The translations under genes were made by a program, and so were the position numbers. A stretch of 64,000 nt of DNA from assembly GCA_965655095.1 (NCBI GenBank), contig OZ296655.1, forward strand, positions 35,340,001 through 35,404,000, given 5' to 3'. The notes below the pieces were generated by a model. The model was not told where the DNA came from, made no database searches, and saw only the letters and a list, made by a program, of their open reading frames with translations. Each line of letters begins with the position of its first letter. Within the stretch, counting starts at the first letter, position 1. Source of the DNA: Haplodiscus bocki. Its lineage: Eukaryota. Positions 1-13,500 of the stretch are shown here, piece by piece.

Positions 1-2133
1 TAGTGGAAAGTTTTTCCTGTTAAAAAACTTGCTCAGATGTGTCTGTGACACATCTGTAGACAAAGAAAATAAATTCATAGAAGCAGAAAGGAGTGTTCTT
101 GCAGCCTCTGTAGAAGCAGTGAGCAGACAACAAATGGTGCTTGGAGAGTAACTTTTGCCGATGTTCAAAAAGCAGAGTAAATTTTCAAAAGCATGATACA
201 CTATGGATTAACACCAACAAGACATAACAGGCATGGAACTCGATTGAAAACATGGTAAGTTGCACATCTCGAGGACTAAGAAAAAAACCACTTGCAACCG
301 ACATCTCATTTTAGCTTGTAGCACATGTTAGATATCCATTATCTTCGGGTGGTGGACCACGCATCCAAGTCACATTCAAATATCCTACATACCATCCATA
401 TAATAGTTGGTTGTTTACATTTCGTTCAAACACATTCCATATTATAAAAAAACATTAATTTCAAAAAACTAACTGATTACAAGCTATCAAAAATGTCAAA
501 CAAAAGTTACTCTTACCTGAAAACTTGGTATTATTTATTCAAATTTCATTTGATTCCCCAAAACAAACAAATACAGAAGTGGTAGTTTTAATGGGACAAA
601 GCGATGTGGAGAAAATTTTGTTAAATGGAGTGCCGCACAACAGACGAATAGATGGTGTAATGACGGTAAGTTATTATAATGGAAGTTATTTGTACTTTTC
701 ATATACTTACGAAGGAATAGTTAGTTAAGAGTAGCACGTACAAGCATTGGATGTTGTGACGTTACAGCAAAAACGTTGCTTAGCACGGCGGCAGCGACGG
801 TGGTTGCTCAGTTGATACGGTACGGCGTCGGTGACTTGTTTAAACATTGGGATATATTGAAGAGGCACGTTTGGGATATGAAACTGTACTGTTATATATT
901 GTAATATTAGTAAAAACAATAATGGCTTAGTAGTAATAATTTTGTTGAGCAGTAGAAGAAACACTCCTGAAGAGATAGATGGAAGAGAGAACAATACTAG
1001 GTAGATAGAAAGGAAGGAAAGCGAGAGATAGAGAGCGAGACGAGGAACCATTAAGAGAATCGAAGATAAAGCGCAACAGATGTTGCCACCAAAACCAATA
1101 ACTAATAGCACAACAGAAAAAGAAGTAAAATCTACATCACGTATAAACGTAATATAATATTGGTAAATAAATGCAAAAATCTTTCAATTGTACTTTACGT
1201 CACGTACCGTATTCCTGTACTGCTTACTGTGTATACATAATATCAAAAACGTCGTCCGTCTTAGACCAAGTTCTCGTCTAATATCACGGAGAAGCACTTC
1301 AGTGAGTGTAAATTAAAAGCAAACAGAAATTCTCAATTCTACTTTAAACTGTGACGAGTTGAAAAATTTTTATACTACGTCCAACCGCCACCACCATCAC
1401 GAGCTCAGCAAGGCAACCAGTGAGAAAACATTGAAACCACCGAATCAGTGGATGATATCTTTTGATAAACATATTTTAATGGACCAAAACTGAGAACACA
1501 ACTTGTTGAATGGCATGAACATTATTGAAAACTTGAATAATGTCAAAAAATACCTACTGTAATCTGGAAAGTGTGATTAAATCTCAAAAGGAAAGAAAGC
1601 AGATAGACTCAGCTGATTTTAAAATTATTGTTTTTCAGCAAAAAAAATCAAAAACAGAAACAAAAAATCTCATTACAAAACGCTTCAAAAATATCTCCTT
1701 GGAAACAGGACAATGGATCTGGTTCAGCATCCACAGAACAAAAACCAAACGATCCAAAATCATAAATTATGACGAAAAAAAAACATTTTGAAAACTGAAA
1801 TCCGGAATCGCAGACGTGATTTGCTGGAGTAATTGTCAATCAATCGTTAGTTCGAAAAGTACAATACTAGTAAAGCCATAAAAAGATACAAGTTTTGAAT
1901 TTGAGGCTGTCAGAATTCCTGATGTTAGTGAACAAGATGTAAAAAGGTCAAAGAGGCATTTTTCTATTTTGGAAAAAAAAGATTTTTCAGTGATCCTCGA
2001 GTTCTATTTCAACTTTTGGACAAATTGCTGATATTTTACAACTTTGAACCATCATATCTCAGGCCTTTAACTATTGCGTTAAAAATCTAACAATTGCCAA
2101 AGCGCAAAAAATGCAGACAATTCAGACCAAATC

Positions 2134-3123
2134 GTCAAAACTCAATTAGTTTGCACTAGGAATTCCAGACCTGGAGCGAAAATTAAACATTTGCACTTAT
2201 ATTGTTTGAAAAAAAGTAATGACTTTAATTGCCAGCAAAATTAATTTCATAAGACAGGAAATGTTCTGACCTGGTGGCTGTTTGGCCTCTATCGAGTAGC
2301 TCTTTCCTTGGACGACTGAAGTCAATCTAAGAAATCTGTATTGTACATTTCTGATCCCGGTTTGTTTTAATTGCAACAATTATTTCTGATAATTACAACC
2401 AAACGAAATTTATACAAACTCGTTAATTATATCATTGATAGTAAGTCCAAACAACTGGTCCACAAGTGTTTCAAAAGATTGAAGGTGAATTTTGCATTGC
2501 GCCGAAAATTTAAAGCACCTAAGAACTACATTTCTCGATGATTAAATAAAAACAATTCGGGCTTCGGAGTAGTCTGGAATTTTTCGGCACTTTCAAAAGC
2601 AATTTTTCAGCGCAATGAATACCCACTAAGAGTGAAAAGTCAAAGAAAGCTAAAGCACGGTTCCGAGTCCAACGATCAAAGATTGGAGCCCGAGCGTCCT
2701 TTACATGCTCGTCAATGATGTAAAAGACTTCCGTGTTCACTTTCGGAGAAAACACAAGGAACAGCATCTAAGAAAAAATATCTAAAAGTCAATCGCGGAC
2801 AATTGTTTAGTCCCAAGCAATGGAATAGCATCGAATACCGTAAATAAAATTTCAAATCCAGAAAGAGATATGAAAACTCATTCGAAAAAATATAATGATC
2901 AAATGATTAAAATTTTGAGCATCATGAAATTATAATTAAAGCAACCACGAAGTTTGTAGTCAACTTCAGACGCGAGGCTCGGAAATCGGATCTGTACTGT
3001 AATGCCTGGCACGCTACGCCATTCAGGAATAGGTTCCAATTCTTTCAGTTCTACCAGGGGTTGCTACATATAGGGTAGTGGGTCATAACAATCAGTGCTC
3101 AAAAAAAGAAAATTGAGCGCCCG
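2134..3123. repeat. ~1 kb module present only in long units (further copies ~8928-9915, 11377-12366, 13825-14814, 19148-20139)
   Basis: Begins GTCAAAACTCAATTAGTTTGCA and ends ...TTGAGCGCCCG. The repeated spurious ORF MLFLVFSPKVNT marks each copy (2519, 9311, 11762, 14210, 19533). No recognisable protein motif. Confidence 0.92.
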
Positions 3124-3913
3124 GCCTATTCGTTGCTATAAACTTAATAAAGTTCCGGCGATGATGTCTACAATGAAAGGGAAAAAACACTCAAAAGCAG
3201 AAGCAATGTGCTTCGAACAGAAGTCAACAAATGCAACAAAAGGATCTGTCCGTGGTTGACGGGGATTCAGCTGTGTTGTGAAATGTGCTCAAGGTACATC
3301 CACGGAGTTTGTCTAGGCGTGGACGAAGCTGTGACCAACATGCTGGTAAATCTTCTCGGATGTTTCTGGTAAGGTCATGTTTGGAGAGATTAGAATAAAG
3401 AACTGTAATTCCACTATAAGCTCAAAAGCTCAGTGAAATTGTCACTCATTTGAAATTCCTTGTTACTTTGATACCTCCACAAAAAAACCTATTATTGATA
3501 AAATTATAATTAGAAAAATACATTATTTATTACAGATATATATCTCTAATCTATTTCTCAACCTGGAGGGGGCCTATTTTGTTCTTGTTGGCAGATACTG
3601 GTAGTGGATGCATTGCTCCGTATTTCTAAAATCTTCAGTAAATCTTGTCTTCCTCAGCAATATTCTCGCTTATCGGTTCATACTCCTGTATAATTCAAAG
3701 GCGGTTGGTTTCCGTTCAATACTGTCAACGGCTTCCAATAGAGTGATTCCGGTGCCTCCCGAAACGGTTGCCCCAAATCTCAGTAGCGACATGACAAAGT
3801 TGTACAAAAATCTCAGCTCAGATCTACAGTTTAGCTTCCTCGGTCGATTGATGGCGAAGATTTCAGAGTTTGCCTTCGTGATCATGCGTCTCATATGTGG
3901 TTCTAGTTGTTGA

Positions 3914-4535
3914 ATGAGTGACGATTTTCACAAGTCATACGCAAGTATACCTGAAAACTCTACGGCCGCACCAAACATTGCAAAACTTTTGTCATTCGGA
4001 ACCTTCAATGTTCGAAGACTAACAGATAATGTGAATAAAAACTATCTCGTGGATGACGCCCAAGCCTACAACATTGATATGTTGTATTCAAGAAACAAAA
4101 ATCAGCAAACAGCAAGATATCATTGTTGAGAGTCATTATCGTGTTATTTGTATGAATCTCACTGAGGACTGTATGACAATGGTTTCCTCTTAGGAGCCAA
4201 ACAAGAAGCGAATGTCTTTCGTTTCTAGCGCGTATCAACGAATTTGTGCATTACAGTTTCACGCAGAAGAATCACATTACAGATCAGAAACGATCGATGA
4301 CACAAAGTTGAGAGTTCAAAAACCAAATGTTCTCTATTGAAGCAAATCGGACACAAAATTGACCATCAGCAAGAGACAACCTGACGAGCTTATCACAAAA
4401 GTGAAAGCATATGCATCACTTACAGGAAGTCGTACTGAGACAAGAGCAGAACTTGACGAATTTTGTACACAACTCTGCAAAACGACCGCCACATGCTCGA
4501 TAAGATTGGCTCAAATTATTATTGCTGGAAATTTA
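3914..4535 (+). pseudogene. 5' APE endonuclease fragment of an RTE-like LINE, repeated in every array A unit
   Basis: LSFGTFNVRRL...YNIDM then frameshifted CIQETKIS, followed by AYASLTG...ELDEFCTQL...IIAGN. These are APE motifs, truncated at the unit junction within the GDFNA-equivalent motif. Confidence 0.8.
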
Positions 4536-7500
4536 ACAATTGCCACAGCGCAAAAAATGCAGACAATTCAGACCAAATCGATTCAGATAAACGTAATAAA
4601 GTTTCGGTAATGGTGTCTACAATGAAAGTGAAAAGACACTCAAAAGCAGAAGCAGTGTGCTTCGAACAGAAGTCAACAAATGCAACTAAATGTTTTCTGT
4701 CCGTGGTTGACGGGGATTCAGCTGTGTTGAAATGTGCTCAAGGTACATCCACGCAGCTTGCCTAGGCGTGGACGGAAATGTGACCAACATGCTGGTAAAT
4801 CTTTTCGGATGTTTCTGGTAAAGTCATGTTTGGAGAGATTAGAATAAAGAACTGTAATTCCCACTATAAGCTCAAAAGCTCAGTGAAATTGTCACTCATT
4901 TGAAATTCCTTGTTACTTTGATACCTCCACAAAAAAACCTATTATTGATAAAATTATAATTAGAAAAATACATTATTTATTACAGATATATATCCATAAT
5001 CTAATTCTCAACCTGGAGGGGGCCTATTTTGTTCTTGTTGGCAGATACTGGTAGTGGATTCATTGCTCCGTATTTCTAAAATCTTCAGTAAAGTCTTGTC
5101 TTCCTCAGCAATATTCTCGCTTATCGGTTCATACTCCTGTATAATTCAAAGGCGGTTGGTTTCCGTTCAATACTGTCAACGGCTTCCAATAGAGTGATTC
5201 CGGTGCCTCCCGAAACGGTTGCCCCAAATCTCAGTAGCGACATGACAAAGTTGTACAAAAATCTCAGCTCAGATCTACAGTTTAGCTTCCTCAGTCGATT
5301 GATGGCAAAGATTTCAGAGTTTGCCTTCGTGATCATGCGTCTCATATGTGGTTCTAGTTGTTGAATGAGTGACGATTTTCACAAGTCATACGCAAGTATA
5401 CCTGAAAACTCTACGGCCGCACCAAACATTGCAAAACTTTTGTCATTCGGAACCTTCAATGTTCGAAGACTAACAGATAATGTGAATAAAAACTATCTCG
5501 TGGATGACGCCCAAGCCTACAACATTGATATGTTGTATTCAAGAAACAAAAATCAGCAAACAGCAAGATATCATTGTTGAGAGTCATTATCGTGTTATTT
5601 GTATGAATCTCACTGAGGACTGTATGACAATGGTTTCCTCTTAGGAGCCAAACAAGAAGCGAATGTCTTTCGTTTCTAGCGCGTATCAACGAATTTGTGC
5701 ATTACAGTTTCACGCAGAAGAATCACATTACAGATCAGAAACGATCGATGACACAAAGTTGAGAGTTCAAAAACCAAATGTTCTCTATTGAAGCAAATCG
5801 GACACAAAATTGACCATCAGCAAGAGACAACCTGACGAGCTTATCACAAAAGTGAAAGCATATGCATCACCTACAGGAAGTCGTACTGAGACAAGAGCAG
5901 AACTTGACGAATTTTGTACACAACTCTGCAAAACGACCGCTATATGCTCGATAAGATTGGCTCAATTTCTTATTGCTGGAAATTCAGCAATTGCCACCGC
6001 AAAAAATGCAGACAATTCAGACCAAATCGATTCAGATAAACGTAATAAAGTTTCGGCAATGATGTCTACAATGAAAGTGAAAAGACACTCAAAAGCAGAA
6101 GCAGTGTTCTTCGAACAGAAGTCAACAAATGCAACTAAATGTTTTCTGTCCGTGGTTGACGGGGATTCAGCTGTGTTGAAATGTGCTCAAGGTACATCCA
6201 CGCAGCTTGCCTAGGCGTGGACGGAGCTGTGACCAACATGCTGGTAAATCTTTTCGGATGTTTCTGGTGAAGCCATGTTTGGAGAGATTAGAATAAAGAA
6301 CTGTAATTCCCACTATAAGCTCAAAAGCTCAGTGAAAATGTCACTCATTTGAAATTCCTTGTTACTTTGATACCTCCACAAAAAACTTATTATTGATAAA
6401 ATTATATTTAAAAAAAAACATTATTTATTACAGATATATATCCATAATCTAATTCTCAACCTGGAGGGGGCCTATTTTGTTCTTGTTGGCAGATACTGGT
6501 AGTGGATGCATTGCTCCGTATTTCTAAATTCTTCAGTAAAGTCTTGTCTTTCTCAGCAATATTCTCGCTTATCGGTTCATACTCCTGTATAATTCAAAGG
6601 CGGTTGGTTTCCGTTCAATACTGTCAACGGCTTCCAATAGAGTGATTCCGGTGCCTCCCGAAACGGTTGCCCCAAATCTCAGTAGCGACATGACAAAGTT
6701 GTACAAAAATCTCAGCTCAGATCTACAGTTTAGCTTCCTCAGTCGATTGATGGCAAAGATTTCAGAGTTTGCCTCCGTGATCATGCGTCTCATATGTGGT
6801 TCTAGTTGTTGAATGAGTGACGATTTTCACAAGTCATACGCAAGTATACCTGAAAACTCTACGGCCGCACCAAACATTGCAAAACTTTTGTCATTCGGAA
6901 CCTTCAATAATCGAAGACTAACAGATAATGTGAATAAAAACTATCTCGTGGATGACGCCCAAGCCTACAACATTGATATGTTGTATTCAAGAAACAAAAA
7001 TCAGCAAACAGCAAGATATCATTGTTGAGAGTCATTATCGTGTTATTTGTATGAATCTCACTTAGGACTGTATGACAATGGTTTCCTCTGAGGAGCCAAA
7101 CAAGAAGCGAATCTCGTTCGTTTCTAGCGCGTATCAACGAAATTGTGCATTACAATTTCACGCAGAAGAATCACATTACAGATCAGAAACGATCGATGAC
7201 ACAAAGTTGAGAGTTCAAAAACCAAATGTTCTCTATTGAAGCAAATCGGACACAAAATTGACCATCAGCAAGAGACAACCTGACGAGCTTATCACAAAAG
7301 TGAAAGCATATGCATCACTTACAGGAAGTCGTACTGAGACAAGAGCAGAACTTGACGAATTTTGTACACAACTCTGCAAAACGACCGCCATATGCTCGAT
7401 AAGATTGGCTCAATTTCTTATTGCTGAAATTCAACAATTGCCACAGCGCAAAAAATGCAGACAATTCAGACCAAATCGATTCAGATAAACTTAATAAAGT

Positions 7501-10500
7501 TTCGGCGATGATGTCTACAATGAAAGTGAAAAGACACTCAAAAGCAGAAGCAGTGTGCTTCGAACAGAAGTCAACAAATGCAACTAAATGTTTTCTGTCC
7601 GTGGTTGACAGGGATTCAGCTGTGTTGAAATGTGCTCAAGGTACATCCACGCAGCTTGCCTAGGCGTGGACGAAGCTGTGACCAACATGCTGTTAAATTT
7701 TTTCGGATGTTTCTGGTAAAAACATGTTTGGAGAGATTAGAATAAAGAACTGTAATTCCCACTATAAGCTCAAAAGCTCAGTGAAAATGTCACTTCTTTG
7801 AAATTCCTTGTTACTTTGATACCTCCAAAAAAAACTCATTATTGATAAAAGTATATTTAAAGAAAAACATTATTTACTACAGATATATATCCATAATCTA
7901 TTTCTCAACCTGGAGGGGGCCTATTTTGTTCTTGTTGGCAGATACTGGTAGTGGATGCATTGCTCCGTATTTCTAAAATCTTCAGTAAAGTCTTGTCTTC
8001 CTCATCAATATTCTCGCTTATCGGTTCATACTCCTGTATAATTCAAAGGTGGTTGGTTTCCGTTCAATACTGTCAACGGCTTCCAATAGAGTGATTCCGG
8101 TGCCTCCCGAAACGGTTGCCCCAAATCTCAGTAGCGACATGACAAAGTTGTACAAAAATCTCAGCTCAGACCTACAGTTTAGCTTCCTCAGTCGATTGAT
8201 GGCGAAGATTTCAGAGTTTGCCTTCGTGATCATGCGTCTCATATGTGGTTCTAGTTGTTGAATGAGTGACGATTTTCACGAGTCATACGCAAGTATACCT
8301 GAAAACTCTACGGCGTCACCAAACATTGCAAAACTTTTGTCATTCAGAACCTTCAATGTTCGAAGACTAACAGATAATGTGAATAAAAACTATCCCGTGG
8401 ATGACTCCCAAGCCTACAACATTGATATGTTGTATTCAAGAAACAAAAATCAGCAAACAGCAAGATATCTTTGTTGAGAGTCATTATCGTGTTATTTGTA
8501 TGAATCTCACTTAGGACTGTATGACAATGGGTTCCTCTTAGGAGCCAAACAAGAAGCGAATGCCTTTCGTTTCTAGCGCGTATCAACGAATTTGTCTATT
8601 ACAGTTTTACGCAGAAGAATCACATTACAGATCAGAAACGCTCGATGACACAAAGTTGAGAGTTCAAAAACCAAATGTTCTCTATTGAAGCAAATCGAAC
8701 ACAAAATTGACCATCAGCAAGAGACAACCTGACGAGCTTATCACAAAAGTGAAAGCATATGCATCACTTACAGGAAGTCGTACTGAGACAAGAGCAGAAC
8801 TTGACGAAGTTTCTACACAACTCTGCAAAACGACCGCCACATGCTCGATAAGATTGGCTCAATTTATTATTGCTGGAAATTTAACAATTGCCAAAGCGCA
8901 AAAAATGCAGAAAATTCAGTCCAAATCGTCAAAACTCAATTAGTTTGCACTAGGAATTCGAGACCTGGAGCGAAAATTAAACATTTGCACTTATATTGTT
9001 TGAAAAATTAATGATTTTAATTACCAGCAAAATTAATTTCATAAGACAGGAAATGTTCTGACCTTTTGGCTGTTTGGCCTCTATCGAGTAGCTCTTTCCT
9101 TGGACGACTGAAGTCAATCTAAGAAATCTGTATTGTACATTTCTGATCCCGGTTTGTTTTAATTGCAGCAATTATTTCTGATAATTACAACCAAACGAAA
9201 TTTATAAAAACTCGTTAATTATATCATTGATAGTAAGTCCAAACAACTGGTCCAAAAATGTTTCAAAAGATTGAAGGTGAATTTTGCATTGCGCCGAAAA
9301 TTTAAAGCACCTAAGAACTACATTTCTCGATGATTAAATAAAAACAATTCGGGCTTCGGAGTAGTCTGGAATTCTTCGGCACTTTGAAAAGCAATTTTTC
9401 AGCGCAATGAATACCCACTAAGAGTGAAAAGTCAAAGAAAGCTAATGCACGGCTCCGAGTCCAACGATCAAAGATTGGAGCCCGAGCGTCCTTTACATGT
9501 TCGTCAATGATGTAAAAGACTTCCGTATTCACTTTCGGAGAAAACACAAGGAACAGCATCTAAAAAAATATCTAGAAGTCAATCGCGGACAATTGTTTAG
9601 TCCAAAGCAAAGGAATAGCATCAAAAACCGTGAATAAAATTTCAAATTCAGAAAGAGCTAAAAAAACTCAATCGAAAAAATATAATGATCAAATGATTAA
9701 AAAATTGAGCATCATGAAATTATAATTAAAGCAACCACTAAGTTTGTAGTCAACTTCAGACGCGAGGCTCGGAAATCGGATCTGTACTGTAATGCCTGGC
9801 ACGCTACGCCATTCAGGAATAGGTTCCAATTCTTTCAGTTCTACCAGGGGTTGCTACATATAGGGTAGTGGGTCATAACAATCAGTGCTCAAAAAAAAAG
9901 AAAATTGAGCGCCCGGCCTATTCGTTGCGATAAACTTATTAAAGTTCCGGCGATGATGTCTACATGGAAAGTGAAAAGACACTCAAAAGCAGAAGCAGTG
10001 TGTTTCGAACAGAAGTCAACAAATGCAACTAAATGTTTTCTGTCCGTGGTTGACGGGGATTCAGCTGTGTTGTGAAATGTGCTCAAGGTACATCCACGGA
10101 GTTTGTCTAGGCGTGGACGAAGCTGTGATTAACATGCTGGTAAATCTTCTCGGATGTTTCTGGTAAAGTCATGTTTGGAGAGATTAGAATAAAGAACTGT
10201 AATTCCCACTATAAGCTCAAAAGCTCAGTGAAATTGTCACTCATTTGAAATTCCTTGTTACTTTGATACCTCCACAAAAAAATTATTATTGATAAAATTA
10301 TAATTTAAAAAAATTACATTATTTATTACAGATATATATCCCTAATCTATTTCTCAACCTGGAGGGGGCCTATTTTGTTCTTGTTGGCAGATACTGGTAG
10401 TGGATGCATTGCTCCGTATTTATAAAATCTTTAGTAAATTCTTGTCTTCCTCAGCAATGTTCTCGCTTATCGTTTCATACTCCTGTATAAGTCAAAGGCG

Positions 10501-13500
10501 GTTGCTTTCCGTTCAATACTGTCAACGGCTTCCAATAGAGTGATTCCGGTGCCTCCCGAAACGGTTGCCCCAAATCTCAGTAGCGACATGACAAAGTTGT
10601 ACAAAAATCTCAGCTCAGACCTACAGTTTAGCTTCCTCAGTCGATTGATGGCGAAGATTTCAGAGTTTGCCTTCGTGATCATGCGTCTCATATGTGGTTC
10701 TAGTTGTTGAATGAGTGACGATTTTCACGAGTCATACGCAAGTATACCTGAAAACTCTACGGCGTCACCAAACATTGCAAAACTTTTGTCATTCAGAACC
10801 TTCAATGTTCGAAGACTAACAGATAATGTGAATAAAAACTATCCCGTGGATGACTCCCAAGCCTACAACATTGATATGTTGTATTCAAGAAACAAAAATC
10901 AGCAAACAGCAAGATATCTTTGTTGAGAGTCATTATCGTGTTATTTGTATGAATCTCACTTAGGACTGTATGACAATGGGTTCCTCTTAGGAGCCAAACA
11001 AGAAGCAGATTTCTTTCGTTTCTAGCGCGTATCAACGAATTTGTGTATTACAGTTTCACGCAGAAGAATCACATTACAGATCAGAAACGATCGATGACAC
11101 AAAGTTGAGAGTACAAAAACCAAATGTTCTCTATTGAAGCAAATCGGACACAAAATTGACCATCAGCAAGAGACAACCTGACGAGCTTATCACAAACGTG
11201 AAAGCATATGCATCACTTACAGGAAGTCGTACTGAGACAAGAGCAGAACTTGACGAATTTTCTACACAACTCTGCAAAACGACCGCCACATGCTCGATAA
11301 GATTGGATCAATTTATTATTGCTGGAAATTTAACAATTGCCAAAGCGCAAAAAATGCAGACAATTCAGTCCAAATCGTCAAAACTCAATTAGTTTGCAGT
11401 AGGAATTCGAGACCTGGAGCGAAAATTAAACATTTGCACTCATATTGTTTGAAAAAAAGTAATGATTTTAATTGCCAGCAAAATTAATTTCATAAGACAG
11501 GAAATGTTCTGACCTGGTGGCTGTTTAGCCTCTATCGAGTAGCTCTTTCCTTGGACGACTGTAGTCAATCTAAGAAATCTGTATTGTACATTTCTGATCC
11601 CGGTTTGTTTTAATTGCAGCAATTATTTCTGATAATTACAACCAAACGAAATTTATAAAAACTCGTTAATTATATCATTGATAGTAAGTCCAAACAACTG
11701 GTCCAAAAATGTTTCAAAAGATTGAAGGTGAATTTTGCATTGCGCCGAAAATTTAAAGCACCTAAGAACTACATTTCTCGATGATTAAATAAAAACAATT
11801 CGGGCTTCGGAGTAGTCTGGAATTCTTCGGAACTTTGAAAAGCAATTTTTCAGCGCAATGAATACCCACTAAGAGTGAAAAGTCAAAGAAAGCTAAAGCA
11901 CGGTTCCGAGTCCAACGATCAAAGATTGGAGCCCGAGCGTCCTTTACATGCTCGTCAATGATGTAAAAGACTTCCGTGTTCACTTTCGGAGAAAACACAA
12001 GGAACAGCATCTAAGAAAAAATATCTAAAAGTCAATCGCGGACAATTGTTTAGTCCCAAGCAATGGAATAGCATCGAATACCGTAAATAAAATTTCAAAT
12101 CCAGAAAGAGATATGAAAACTCATTCGAAAAAATATAATGATCAAATGATTAAAATTTTGAGCATCATGAAATTATAATTAAAGCAACCACGAAGTTTGT
12201 AGTCAACTTCAGACGCGAGGCTCGGAAATCGGATCTGTACTGTAATGCCTGGCACGCTACGCCATTCAGGAATAGGTTCCAATTCTTTCAGTTCTACCAG
12301 GGGTTGCTACATATAGGGTAGTGGGTCATAACAATCAGTGCTCAAAAAAAGAAAATTGAGCGCCCGGCCTATTCGTTGCTATAAACTTAATAAAGTTCCG
12401 GCGATGATGTCTACAATGAAAGGGAAAAAACACTCAAAAGCAGAAGCAATGTGCTTCGAACAGAAGTCAACAAATGCAACAAAAGGATCTGTCCGTGGTT
12501 GACGGGGATTCAGCTGTGTTGTGAAATGTGCTCAAGGTACATCCATGGAGTTTGTCTAGGCGTGGACGAAGCTGTGACCAACATGCTGGTAAATCTTCTC
12601 GGATGTTTCTGGTAAGGTCATGTTTGGAGAGATTAGAATAAAGAACTGTAATTCCCACTATAAGCTCAAAAGCTCAGTGAAATTGTCACTCATTTGAAAT
12701 TCCTTGTTACTTTGATACCTCCACAGAAAACCTATTATTGAGAAAATTATAATTTAAAAAAATACATTATTTATTACAGATATATATCCATAATCTATTT
12801 CTCAACCTGGAGGGGGCCTATTCTGTTCTTGTTGGCAGATACTGGTAGTGGATGCATTGCTCCGTATTTCTAAAATCTTTAGTAAATTCTTGTCTTCCTC
12901 AGCAATGTTCTCGCTTATCGTTTCATACTCCTGTATAAGTCAAAGGCGGTTGCTTTCCGTTCAATACTGTCAACGGCTTCCAATAGAGTGATTCCGGTGC
13001 CTCCCGAAACGGTTGCCCCAAATCTCAGTAGCGACATGACAAAGTTGTACAAAAATCTCAGCTCAGACCTACAGTTTAGCTTCCTCAGTCGATTGATGGC
13101 GAAGATTTCAGAGTTTGCCTTCGTGATCATGCGTCTCATATGTGGTTCTAGTTGTTGAATGAGTGACGATTTTCACGAGTCATACGCAAGTATACCTGAA
13201 AACTCTACGGCGTCACCAAACATTGCAAAACTTTTGTCATTCAGAACCTTCAATGTTCGAAGACTAACAGATAATGTGAATAAAAACTATCCCGTGGATG
13301 ACTCCCAAGCCTACAACATTGATATGTTGTATTCAAGAAACAAAAATCAGCAAACAGCAAGATATCTTTGTTGAGAGTCATTATCGTGTTATTTGTATGA
13401 ATCTCACTTAGGACTGTATGACAATGGGTTCCTCTTAGGAGCCAAACAAGAAGCAGATTTCTTTCGTTTCTAGCGCGTATCAACGAATTTGTGTATTACA

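Noticed and set aside
34-56. Perfect 10-bp inverted repeat CAGATGTGTC-TGT-GACACATCTG
   Set aside because: It is isolated, lies at the window edge and has no associated feature.
60-430. Possible decayed L1/Tx1-like ORF1 remnant (GAWRVTFADVQKAE; GGPRIQVTF..) or an exon ending at CATG|GTAAGT (254/255)
   Set aside because: Stops occur in the frames I checked and the resemblance is too weak to support without a profile search.
525-1990. ORFs 525-728, 725-1111 and 1540-1791
   Set aside because: They are compositionally biased with no recognisable motif. The 1500-1990 region may be a decayed ORF1, but I cannot support that.
3124-3300. Array A as a tandem SL RNA gene cluster
   Set aside because: The leader-like motif is not followed by a good GT donor or a nearby Sm site. 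It is followed by an ATG and a PHD-finger remnant, which fits a retroposed mRNA 5' end.
3560-3900. HDV-like ribozyme at the 5' end of the RTE-like element
   Set aside because: I could not assemble P1, P1.1, P2 and P3 pairings by eye around GGTGCCTCCCGAAACGG.
5035-5100. Minus-strand hammerhead-like core (CUGAAGA-UUUUA-GAAAUAC...GUAUC) in array A units
   Set aside because: Stem II would be only 1 bp and stem I pairs for only ~2 bp, so a chance match is likely. A covariance-model search would settle it.
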